Source: Armatimonadota bacterium (GTDB lineage: Bacteria; Sysuimicrobiota; Sysuimicrobiia; Sysuimicrobiales; Kaftiobacteriaceae). Taken from it: a DNA stretch of 52,700 bases. The notes under the pieces are model-generated. The model was given only the letters and a program-made list of their open reading frames with translations, was not told the DNA's origin and searched no databases. This document shows positions 41,947 to 49,970 of the stretch, piece by piece; within the stretch, counting starts at the first letter, position 1; the number at the start of each line of letters is the position of its first letter. Both the position numbers and the translations under genes were made by a program. Location of the stretch: positions 1-52,700 of the forward strand of contig JAHZOA010000004.1 of assembly GCA_020028455.1 (NCBI GenBank), given 5' to 3'.

Positions 41947-42987
41947 TTAGTACGCGAAGGGCCATAAGTCGAGTTTCCGCTTCAGTTTCTTCAGCAGCAC
42001 GGCGATCCCGCCCGGTTCCCAGATCAGGAGGGCGATCAGGATCGAGCCGAACACGATCTCCCGCAGCGGTGTGGCGATTTTGGCGAAGACTGGAAGCACC
42101 GCGATGACCTCCGGCGTGATGATTTTCAGGCCCTGCGAGAGCAGGATGACCAGCGCTGCGCCCAGGTGTGGACCCCATACGCTCGTCAGCCCGCCCATGA
42201 CGACCATCGCCACGTAGTCGATCGATGTGACGATACTGAAGTGCTCCGGAGTGATCAGTCTGCTGTAGTGTGCCCACAGGCTGCCCGCAATACCGGCATA
42301 GAATGCGGCGATGCCGAACGCCAGCGCCTTGTAATACAGTAGATCGATCCCGAGAACCTGCGCTGCATAATCTCGATCACGCACGGCCATGAATGCAAGA
42401 CCAATGCGGCTTTTGATGAGATTACTGGCGATGACCCCCGAGAGCACCCACACGACCAATAGCATGTAGTAGAACTGCGTCTCCGTTCGCAGCTGCCAGG
42501 AGCCGATGGAGGGCGCCCGAACCGAAATAGCCCCGACTCCTCCGGCCATGTGGATGATCGCATACTCCGTCAGGAACTGAAACGCCAGCGTCGCGATCGC
42601 CAGGTACAGTCCCTTGATCCGCACGGACGGCAGGGCCACGACCGCGCCGAAGATGAAACTGACAAATCCTGCCAGCGGCAGAGCAACGAGAAACGGCAGG
42701 CCCAACGACCCTGTGATGATTGCCGACGCATAGGCGCCGATCGCCATGAATGCCGCATGACCCAGTGAGATCTGGCCGGTAAACCCCGTGAGGAGCCCCA
42801 GGCCGCAGGCGCCGACTGCAAAGATGCCGATCGTGGTCAGCAGGAAGATGAACTCCCGGAGCCAGAAGGGCGCCAGCACCAACGCGGCGAGGAGTGCGCC
42901 GAAGCCCACACGGTTGAACGTGGAGTCCAGCACCGCCATATCCTGCGCATAGCTGATCTTGAAATCGCCCGCCGGCCGGATGCTCAT
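41947..42987 (-). CDS. Liv-type ABC transporter permease (LivM-like)
   Basis: Polytopic. The start MSIRPAG at 42987 overlaps the LivH-like stop (ATGA). The longer ORF up to 43242 lies inside the upstream gene. Confidence 0.85.
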   Translation of the reverse strand: MSIRPAGDFKISYAQDMAVLDSTFNRVGFGALLAALVLAPFWLREFIFLLTTIGIFAVGACGLGLLTGFTGQISLGHAAFMAIGAYASAIITGSLGLPFLVALPLAGFVSFIFGAVVALPSVRIKGLYLAIATLAFQFLTEYAIIHMAGGVGAISVRAPSIGSWQLRTETQFYYMLLVVWVLSGVIASNLIKSRIGLAFMAVRDRDYAAQVLGIDLLYYKALAFGIAAFYAGIAGSLWAHYSRLITPEHFSIVTSIDYVAMVVMGGLTSVWGPHLGAALVILLSQGLKIITPEVIAVLPVFAKIATPLREIVFGSILIALLIWEPGGIAVLLKKLKRKLDLWPFAY

Positions 42988-43862
42988 AGACGCTCGATGT
43001 GCTCGGTGCCAAACAGTCCATATGGGCGGATCATGAGCACGACAAGAATGATCACGAAGGCAATGATCTCTTTGAACCCGTAGATGATGTTGGCATCGAT
43101 GTACCCGCCGACGATCGTCTCGATGACGCCGATCGCAAAGCCGCCGACGATCGCACCGGGGATGCTGTCGAGTCCTCCCAGGATCACGGCGGCCAACGCT
43201 TTCAACCCAACAAACGCCAGCGCGAAGTTGACGCCGAGCCATAACCCCAGCAAGATCCCGCCCACGGCCCCTGCCATGGCCGCAAATGCCCAGGCGTAGG
43301 CGAACACCCGCCTGAGGCTCACCCCGAGTGTGCTCGCGGTGAGCTGTTCATTGGCGACGGCCCGCATCGCAATGCCTGCCAGTGAATACCGGAAGAACAG
43401 CCAGAAGATGACCAGCAGCGTGACCGCCGTAGCGGCGCTCCACACACCGACCCGCTGGATGGGGATGCCGCCGATGCTCAAGACACCACCCGTGATGCCT
43501 GGGAATTGCCGCGTATCTCCGCCCCAAACCCCGACCATTACGCCTCGGACGATATAGCCCAGCGCCAAAGTGACAATGATGACCGACAGGAGCGGTTGGC
43601 CGAACAGCGGCCGCATCACCACGCGTTCGATGGCGAATCCCAGGACTGCCGCCGCCACAAGCGTGAGCACAATGGCCACGGGCAGCGGTACGATATTGCT
43701 CAACGCGATCGCCAGGTAACCGCCGAACAGGACGAGTTCGCCGTGAGCGAGATTGAGAATCTTCGTGGACTTGTAAAGCAGTGCGAACCCGAGGGCGATC
43801 AGGGCATAGATGCTCCCGACCGCCAGACCATTCATCAGGCCGCCGAGGATAAATTCGCTCAT
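42984..43862 (-). CDS. Liv-type ABC transporter permease (LivH-like)
   Basis: MSEFILGGLMNGLAVGSIYALIALGF is a typical LivH N-terminus. GGAGGAAACAGC precedes ATG 43862. Confidence 0.88.
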   Translation of the reverse strand: MSEFILGGLMNGLAVGSIYALIALGFALLYKSTKILNLAHGELVLFGGYLAIALSNIVPLPVAIVLTLVAAAVLGFAIERVVMRPLFGQPLLSVIIVTLALGYIVRGVMVGVWGGDTRQFPGITGGVLSIGGIPIQRVGVWSAATAVTLLVIFWLFFRYSLAGIAMRAVANEQLTASTLGVSLRRVFAYAWAFAAMAGAVGGILLGLWLGVNFALAFVGLKALAAVILGGLDSIPGAIVGGFAIGVIETIVGGYIDANIIYGFKEIIAFVIILVVLMIRPYGLFGTEHIERL

Positions 43863-43876
43863 GCTGTTTCCTCCGG

Positions 43877-43943
43877 GCGGTAGCCGCGATCCGGGTAGCC
43901 GGGTAGCCAACCGCATTTCAATTTATGGCTACCTGGCTACCGC
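43877..43943. repeat. Tandem-unit-arm hairpin repeat (unit GGGTAGCC)
   Basis: GCGGTAGCC GCGATCC GGGTAGCC GGGTAGCC, 18-nt loop, GGCTACCT GGCTACCGC. The right arm overlaps the last 15 nt (including the stop) of the acyl-CoA ligase gene. Confidence 0.8.
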
Positions 43944-45896
43944 AGTCACATCCCGAATTTGCAGGGTCGTGTGGACGTCGGTCGTGCGCCCATCCTCGTA
44001 TCGTACGGTAAATGTCGCACTGTATTCTGGAGCGCCGGCGCAGATGGCACGGATGAGGTCCTGATACCGCTCTGAGATGAAGTGCCGCCGCAGCTTCCGC
44101 GTCCGGGTCAGCTCGTCGTCGTCGGGGTGGAACTCTTTGTACAGGGATACAAATCGCGCAATCCGCCACTCCGGCCGCAGACGCTGGTTGACCCCGGCGA
44201 CGATCCCTTCCAGCAGGTCGATGACCTGGGTCTTCTGCGAGAGGTCGGCGTAGGAAGTGTACGCGATGCCGAGATCTTCGGCCCACTTCCCCACGCTGCG
44301 CTGATCGATATTGAGGATGGCTGATAGGGTCTTGCCATCAGGGCAGCAGGTCACCATGGCCTCCTGAATGTACGGCGTGAACTTGAGCATCGCCTCGATG
44401 ACCCACGGACTCATCTTCGTGCCGTCGGCGAGGGTGATCACGTCCGACATGCGGTCGAACATGATGATGTCTCCGGTCGGGTCCAGCGTCCCATAATCAC
44501 CAGAGTGCAGCCATCCATCGCGCAGCGCCTTGGCCGTCGCCTCGGGGTTGTTGTAATACCCGAGGAAGAGGCTCGGACTTCGTTCAATGATCTCGCCCTC
44601 ATCGGTGATGCGCACTTCTGTGTTCGCGATTGGATAGCCCATGGTCCAGAAATGGACTGCCCCTGCGCGGTGCACACATGAGATCCCCGCGATTTCCGTC
44701 TGGCCGTAGATTTGCTTAAGATTGACGCTCAGTGAGTGGAAGAATTTGAAATAGTCGGGGCCCAACGGCGACCCTCCGTTCCAGGCCACACGCATGTGCA
44801 GGAAGCCGATTTTGTCGAGGATGGGGCGATAGACAAGCCAGTGCGCGATCCATCGGGCCAGAGTCATCCATACTGGGATCGGTTTGCCTTCGGAGCGGCG
44901 ATCCACAATCCGGCCCCCCAGCCGGAGCGCCCAGTCGTAGATGGCCTTCCGGAGCCACCCGGCATCCAGGATCCGAACGGTTACCGCGGTGTGGAGTCCT
45001 TCATAGATCCGGGCGGGGGCAAACGTGAATTGGGGCGCAATCTCACGGAAGTCTCGTTGGGCCGTCTCGGGTTCTTCAGGGAAGTTGACCGTAAATCCCA
45101 CGAGCAAATGAAGGGTGGTAGAGATCATCTCCTCGCCGATCCACGCGAACGGCAGATAGGAGACGAACTCGTCCTGGCGCGTGATGTGCGGCTCGACGGC
45201 GTGGAAGTTCAGGCCCTGTGAAATGAGATTGCGGTACGACAGCATCGCCAACTTCGGCAGTGCGGTCGTGCCGGAGGTCTGGCAGAAGATGGCGACGTCG
45301 TCGCCGCGCCCCGCGTCAACGAGCCGGTCAAAGGATTCAGGATCACGAGCGAGCGCGGCCCGGCCCAGCTGTTCCATTTCGTCGAAGCCGACAAGCGCGG
45401 CGTGGCGGTAGCGCCACATGCCCCGTCTGTCCTCGACCACAATCCGCTGCACTTTCGGTAGCAGCGGCAGGAGCTCCAGCACCTTGTCCGCCTGTTCCTG
45501 ATCCTCGCAGAAGACCAGGCGCGCGGTAGAGAAGTCGATCAGCTGCGCCAGCTGTTCGGGCAGGCTGTCCTGGTACAATCCGTATGTCGTGCCGCCGACG
45601 CCCTGGGCGCCCATCGCGGCATAGAAGAGCTCAGGACGGTTATCCCCAATAATGGCCAGCACGTCGCCGCGCCCGAACCCCAGTTCGGTCAGTCCCATGC
45701 CGAACGCCCGGGCGCGCTCGTAGTATTGGCGCCAGGTGATCCGCTGCCAAATCCCGAGCTCCTTCTCCCGGAAGGCGATGCGGTCGGAAGAAGATTGCGC
45801 ATTCCGGCGGAGCAGCTTGGGAAACGTATCCGCCGCGGGATCGATGTCCAGGATGACGCGGCCGGCGGCTGGGCGTTCGAGGACAGTCTGGGCCAT
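43929..45896 (-). CDS. AMP-forming acyl-CoA synthetase (long-chain-fatty-acid-CoA ligase-like)
   Basis: AMP-binding signature FCQTSGTTALPK and later ligase motifs (YGQTE, GWLHSGD). Confidence 0.85.
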   Translation of the reverse strand: MAQTVLERPAAGRVILDIDPAADTFPKLLRRNAQSSSDRIAFREKELGIWQRITWRQYYERARAFGMGLTELGFGRGDVLAIIGDNRPELFYAAMGAQGVGGTTYGLYQDSLPEQLAQLIDFSTARLVFCEDQEQADKVLELLPLLPKVQRIVVEDRRGMWRYRHAALVGFDEMEQLGRAALARDPESFDRLVDAGRGDDVAIFCQTSGTTALPKLAMLSYRNLISQGLNFHAVEPHITRQDEFVSYLPFAWIGEEMISTTLHLLVGFTVNFPEEPETAQRDFREIAPQFTFAPARIYEGLHTAVTVRILDAGWLRKAIYDWALRLGGRIVDRRSEGKPIPVWMTLARWIAHWLVYRPILDKIGFLHMRVAWNGGSPLGPDYFKFFHSLSVNLKQIYGQTEIAGISCVHRAGAVHFWTMGYPIANTEVRITDEGEIIERSPSLFLGYYNNPEATAKALRDGWLHSGDYGTLDPTGDIIMFDRMSDVITLADGTKMSPWVIEAMLKFTPYIQEAMVTCCPDGKTLSAILNIDQRSVGKWAEDLGIAYTSYADLSQKTQVIDLLEGIVAGVNQRLRPEWRIARFVSLYKEFHPDDDELTRTRKLRRHFISERYQDLIRAICAGAPEYSATFTVRYEDGRTTDVHTTLQIRDVTAVAR

Positions 45897-45899
45897 GGA

Positions 45900-46682
45900 C
45901 TATCCCTGCGTGGTTCCGACTTCTTGGCCGATGTAGGCGCGGATGACGTCGGGGTTTCGTTGCACCGACACCGGTGGACCTTCGGCGATCACTTTGCCAT
46001 AGTCCATCACCACGATGCGGTCGCAGAGATCCATCACCACCCCCATATCGTGCTCGATGAGGATCATGGGAAGGTGGCGGACCTCCTTCAGCTCCAGGAT
46101 GTAGCGGGCCATATCCATTTTCTCGTCCAGGCTCATGCCGGCCATCGGTTCATCGAGGATCAAGAGGCGTGGTTCCATGGCCAGGGCCCGGCCGAGTTCC
46201 ACCTTTTTCTGCAGCCCGTACGGGAGATCGGCGACGCGGTGGTGGCGCGCTTCCTCGATCTCCAGAAAGTCGATGATGTCCTCGACGATGGCTCGCTGGG
46301 TAACATGCTCGCGATGTGCCGGACCGGCGTACACGCTGCAGGCGAGCACACCCGCCCGCATTCGGATGACGCGGCCGGTCATGATGTTGTCGAGGACTGT
46401 CATGCCCGGATACAGGGCGATGTTCTGAAACGTCCGAGCGATGCCCAGCTGCGCGCGCCGGTGGGGAGGCCAAAAAGAAATCTCCTGTCCGGCATAAACA
46501 ATGCGCCCGTGCTGCGGGTGATAGAATCCGTTGATGCAATTCAGTACGCTCGTCTTGCCCGCGCCGTTAGGACCGATGATACCGAGAATCTCGTGGGGCG
46601 ACAGGTCGAAGCTTACGCCGGCGAGCGCCTGGATTCCGTGAAAGCTCAGGTGGAGGTCTTGGGCCCGCAGGATGAAGTCCAT
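45900..46682 (-). CDS. Liv-type ABC transporter ATP-binding protein (LivG-like)
   Basis: MDFILRAQDLHLSF start, Walker A GPNGAGKTS, LPYGLQKK signature variant, Walker B LLILDEP. The ORF-track extension up to 47090 is non-homologous. Confidence 0.88.
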   Translation of the reverse strand: MDFILRAQDLHLSFHGIQALAGVSFDLSPHEILGIIGPNGAGKTSVLNCINGFYHPQHGRIVYAGQEISFWPPHRRAQLGIARTFQNIALYPGMTVLDNIMTGRVIRMRAGVLACSVYAGPAHREHVTQRAIVEDIIDFLEIEEARHHRVADLPYGLQKKVELGRALAMEPRLLILDEPMAGMSLDEKMDMARYILELKEVRHLPMILIEHDMGVVMDLCDRIVVMDYGKVIAEGPPVSVQRNPDVIRAYIGQEVGTTQG

Positions 46683-46736
46683 ACCGGTAGTACGAAACCT
46701 GTTACGGGCTATCAGATATGGGCTCCTGCAGATAAC

Positions 46737-46814
46737 GGTATAAGGTAAGGGTCTAAAGTATAAGGAGGGCAAAACCCAGGCTTTCCTTAAACCGTATACC
46801 TTAAACCTTATACC
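46737..46814. repeat. Tandem-unit-arm hairpin repeat (AT-rich units GGTATAA/GGTTTAA)
   Basis: Left arm GGTATAAGGTAAGGGTCTAAAGTATAAGGA. The reverse complement of the right arm is GGTATAAGGTTTAAGGTATACGGTTTAAGGA. Loop is 17 nt. The element ends at the TTG start of the next gene. Confidence 0.7.
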
Positions 46815-48053
46815 TTGAAATCCGATTTGTACTCCGATTCCGAATCGCGGCCCCACGCCGAGCGTCTGGCGTGGCAGGAAGAACGCCTCCGCGCGGTGGT
46901 CCAGCGAGCTGAACGGATGGCGCCAGCGCTCAGCGCGGCGCTTCAGGTCGCCGGACTCGCGGCGCAGGATCTCACCATCGCCGGGCTGTCCCGCATCCCC
47001 ATCCTGCGCAAAGAGACACTGCCGCTGCTGCAAGCGCAGCGTCCTCCGTTCGCAGGCTGGCTGGGGCGACCGATCGCAGACGCGAGGCATGTGTTCGTGT
47101 CGCCTGGTCCGATCTACGAACCCGTGAGCCGCGATGCCGATCCTTGGGGAGTCGCGCCGGCGCTACATGCGGCAGGATTCCGGCGCGGTGACATCGCGGT
47201 CAACAGCTTCTCGTACCACCTCACGCCGGCGGGCCAGATGTTCGACAGCGCGCTCGATGCACTCGGCTGTGTTGTGGTCCCTACCGGCGTCGGAAATCTG
47301 GAGATTCAGGTAAAGACGATCCTTGACCTGGGCGCGAGAGGGTTCATCGGCACGCCGAGCTTTCTGGCCTCGGTGTTGGAGAAAGCCGGTGAGCAAGGGA
47401 CCCCGCCGCCGCTGGCCGTCGCGTTCGTATCGGGCGAGCCGCTACCAGAGAAGCTGCGGCGCGCGCTTGAAGAGCGGTTTGGAATCCGTATCAGCCAGGC
47501 GTATGCCACGGCGGACGTCGGTCTTATCGCCTACGAGTGTCTGCGCCGTACGGGGTTGCATCTCGCCGATCGCGTGATCGTGGAACTTGTCGATCCCTCT
47601 TCAGGAGGTCCGGTCAAAGAGGGACAGGCCGGCGAGGTGGTCGTGACATATCTTAGCGAGGTCTATCCGCTGCTGAGGCTTGGGACCGGGGATCTCTCTC
47701 GGCTGGTCTCCGGCGAGTGCAGCTGCGGGAGGACCGCGCCGAGGTTAGATCGGATCCTGGGGCGGGTGGGAGAGGCGATCAAGGTCCGCGGGATTTTTCT
47801 TCATCCCCACGATCTCGATCGGGCGATGTCCAGTCATCCAAAGCTCCACGCGTACCAAGCCGTCATCACCCATACCGGTCATCAGGATAATCTGTTGGTC
47901 CGTGTGGAGGCACTCGAAGGCGAAGCACTGGTTTCTGCCATCGCGGAGAGTGTACGTGATGTCACGAGGCTTCGAGCCGAGGTGGAAGTCGTGCCCCCGG
48001 GCACGATTGGGTCGGACGCAAAGAAGATAGTTGACGAGCGGAAGTGGGAGTAG
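46815..48053 (+). CDS. Phenylacetate-CoA ligase-like (PaaK / coenzyme F390 synthetase family) adenylate-forming enzyme
   Basis: About 410 aa with the PaaK-like layout (IPILRKETL..., SGEPLPEKLRRALEERFGI...YATADVG, C-terminal ACT-like end). TTG start. Confidence 0.65.
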   Translation: MKSDLYSDSESRPHAERLAWQEERLRAVVQRAERMAPALSAALQVAGLAAQDLTIAGLSRIPILRKETLPLLQAQRPPFAGWLGRPIADARHVFVSPGPIYEPVSRDADPWGVAPALHAAGFRRGDIAVNSFSYHLTPAGQMFDSALDALGCVVVPTGVGNLEIQVKTILDLGARGFIGTPSFLASVLEKAGEQGTPPPLAVAFVSGEPLPEKLRRALEERFGIRISQAYATADVGLIAYECLRRTGLHLADRVIVELVDPSSGGPVKEGQAGEVVVTYLSEVYPLLRLGTGDLSRLVSGECSCGRTAPRLDRILGRVGEAIKVRGIFLHPHDLDRAMSSHPKLHAYQAVITHTGHQDNLLVRVEALEGEALVSAIAESVRDVTRLRAEVEVVPPGTIGSDAKKIVDERKWE

Positions 48054-48066
48054 AGCGGAGCGAACG

Positions 48067-48411
48067 ATGGACGACTGTATCTTCTGCAGGATCATTTCCG
48101 GCGCGATTCCCTCGCAGCGTGTCTATGAAGATGACGAAGTCCTCGCCATCCGTGACATTAACCCTCAGGCGCCCGTGCACATGCTCTTGATGCCCAAGAG
48201 GCACATCACATCACTGGGCGATGTGTCGGATTCCGAGGGGCCGCTTATCGGCAGAATTGCACTGGTAGCGGCATCTCTGGCACGCGACGAGGGCCTCGCC
48301 GAGCGCGGCTTCCGCTTTCTTACGAACGCCGGACCCGAGGGTGGGCAGGCCGTGGCGCATCTGCACTTTCACCTGCTCGGGGGGAGACAGATGGCCTGGC
48401 CCCCTGGCTGA
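48067..48411 (+). CDS. HIT-family nucleotide hydrolase/transferase
   Basis: CIFCRI N-terminus and the histidine triad HLHFHLLGG. Internal ATG within ORF 48031..48411. Confidence 0.9.
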   Translation: MDDCIFCRIISGAIPSQRVYEDDEVLAIRDINPQAPVHMLLMPKRHITSLGDVSDSEGPLIGRIALVAASLARDEGLAERGFRFLTNAGPEGGQAVAHLHFHLLGGRQMAWPPG

Positions 48412-48420
48412 CCTGGAACT

Positions 48421-48513
48421 GCGGAATCAGGAAGCAGGTAGCAGGAAGCAGCTACGACTCAAAAATTTGGCAGTCAGCTTGTTATCTGCTACCTGTTCCT
48501 GTTACCTGTTTCC
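48421..48513. repeat. Tandem-unit-arm hairpin repeat (units GGAAGCA/GGTAGCA)
   Basis: GCGGAATCA GGAAGCA GGTAGCA GGAAGCA GC. The reverse complement of the right arm (48486-48513) is GGAAACAGGTAACAGGAACAGGTAGCAG. Pairing is imperfect. Confidence 0.75.
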
Positions 48514-48518
48514 TGGGG

Positions 48519-48524
48519 TATAAT
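48519..48524 (+). promoter_or_regulatory. Candidate -10 box (TATAAT) upstream of rpsU
   Basis: Perfect TATAAT 5 nt after the hairpin repeat and 69 nt before the rpsU ATG. I found no convincing -35. Confidence 0.3.
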
Positions 48525-48592
48525 GTTTCAAGTTTGATCGCCCAGCCTGCATGTTCGGAGCGCGAACGAGACGGGCAGTTGGGGGTGGGGAG

Positions 48593-48766
48593 ATGACTGA
48601 GGTTCGAGTTGGCAAGGATGAATCATTGGACAGTGCCCTGCGACGGTTCAAACGTCAGGTCAAGCGCTCGGGAATTCTGACGGATGCAAAGCGCCACGAG
48701 CACTACGAATCACCCAGTGCGAAGCGCAGGAGAAAGCTTGCCCGTCGCCGCCGGCGAGGACTGTAG
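48593..48766 (+). CDS. rpsU: 30S ribosomal protein S21
   Basis: [29 protein letters not shown]... with a basic C-terminus. Internal ATG within ORF 48551..48766. Confidence 0.92.
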   Translation: MTEVRVGKDESLDSALRRFKRQVKRSGILTDAKRHEHYESPSAKRRRKLARRRRRGL

Positions 48767-48822
48767 AGCCCGGGCTCGATAGCGCGCATGCCGGGTTCCT
48801 GTCATGGCGGGAAGCCCATGGA

Positions 48823-48851
48823 GGGGGACACCAGTCCCCCTTTCGGCTTTT
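48823..48851 (+). terminator. Rho-independent terminator after rpsU
   Basis: GGGGGAC-acca-GTCCCCC followed by TTTCGGCTTTT. Confidence 0.7.
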
Positions 48852-48883
48852 AGTGGGGGCGCGGATTGCGCCCAACCTCTTCT

Positions 48884-48918
48884 CCCTCTCCCCGTTGGGG
48901 AGAGGGTCGGGTGAGGGG
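48884..48918. repeat. CCCTCTCCCC-GTT-GGGGAGAGGG palindrome with a GGGTGAGGGG tail
   Basis: Perfect 10-bp inverted repeat at 48884-48906, followed by TCGGGTGAGGGG. Confidence 0.6.
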
Positions 48919-48932
48919 TTACACTGTAACCC

Positions 48933-49379
48933 ATGGCGTTAGCTCAACGACTCGAGCAGGATCTTAAAACAGCGTTACGAGCCGGCGACGCCGTTCGCGT
49001 GTCGACGATCCGCCTTGCGCGAGCGGCGATTCATAACGAGGAGATTGAGCGCGGGCGGCAGCTTTCGGACGATGAGATCCGCGTCGTGCTGAGCAAAGAA
49101 GCAAAGCGCAGGCGCGAAGCGATCGAGATGTTCGAGAGAGGTAGCCGTGACGACCTCGTGGCCAAAGAGTCACTCGAACTTGCCATCATCACGGAGTACC
49201 TGCCTGCGGCAATGTCCCCGGAGGAACTGCGGAAGATTGTCGCGGAGGGGATCGCCGAGGTTCGGGCGACTGCGCGCAAGGACATCGGGAAGGTCATGGC
49301 TTTCGTCATGCCGCGTGTAGCCGGGCGCGCCGACGGACAAACAGTCAACCGGATCGTACAGGAGATGTTGCCCGACTGA
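48933..49379 (+). CDS. GatB/YqeY domain protein
   Basis: L..DLK.ALRAGD..R..TIRL...A..NEEI... pattern and about 148 aa length typical of YqeY. Confidence 0.85.
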   Translation: MALAQRLEQDLKTALRAGDAVRVSTIRLARAAIHNEEIERGRQLSDDEIRVVLSKEAKRRREAIEMFERGSRDDLVAKESLELAIITEYLPAAMSPEELRKIVAEGIAEVRATARKDIGKVMAFVMPRVAGRADGQTVNRIVQEMLPD

Positions 49380-49380
49380 T

Positions 49381-49482
49381 GGTCTCCCAGGTCTACTAGG
49401 TCTCCTCGGTCTTCTAAGTCTCCAATCATTTTGACGTTGCTTGAGACCTAGTAGATGTAGAAGACCAAGAGACCTAGTAGAC
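49381..49482. repeat. Tandem-unit-arm hairpin repeat (9-nt units GGTCTCCCA/GGTCTACTA)
   Basis: Left arm GGTCTCCCA GGTCTACTA GGTCTCCTC GGTCTTCTA AGTCTCC. Right arm GAGACCTAGTAGATGTAGAAGACCAAGAGACCTAGTAGAC. Loop is 19 nt. Confidence 0.85.
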
Positions 49483-49490
49483 TAGAGCGT

Positions 49491-49970
49491 ATGTCACAGG
49501 TTCAGCGCCGCGGTCGCAAACCGGTGAAGCAGGCGCGCAGCGCCGGAGGCGTCGTGTTCAGGAGAGACGGCGACCGTCCGCACGTGCTGCTGCTGAAGCA
49601 TACGAGCGGGAAATGGATGCTTCCCAAAGGCACGATTGAATCCGGCGAGACGCCTGAGGGTGTCGCACTGCGTGAGGTTCGTGAGGAGACCGGCCTCTCG
49701 AATGTCCGAGTGGTGGCGGATCTCGGCGAGGAGCGATATTACTTCTTCTGGCGGTCTGAAGACACGTTCTATGACAAGACCGTCCGGTACTTTCTGTTGG
49801 AGTTTCTGGGCGGACAAGAACCTGCCCCCCAGGCAGAGGAGGGATTCGTCGCCTGCGAGTGGGTGGCGCTCGACGAAGCCATCGAACGCATCAAATACAA
49901 AGAGACGAGAGAAGTTGTGCGAAGGGCACAGATAACGCTGACCGGCGGGGACCTCGATGCTACCAGATAA
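49491..49970 (+). CDS. NUDIX hydrolase
   Basis: Nudix box GTIESGETPEGVALREVREETGL. Confidence 0.85.
   Translation: MSQVQRRGRKPVKQARSAGGVVFRRDGDRPHVLLLKHTSGKWMLPKGTIESGETPEGVALREVREETGLSNVRVVADLGEERYYFFWRSEDTFYDKTVRYFLLEFLGGQEPAPQAEEGFVACEWVALDEAIERIKYKETREVVRRAQITLTGGDLDATR

Noticed and set aside
45726-46748. 340-aa plus-strand ORF opposite the LivG-like gene and the acyl-CoA ligase 5' end
   Set aside because: It is antisense to genes with Walker and AMP-binding motifs.
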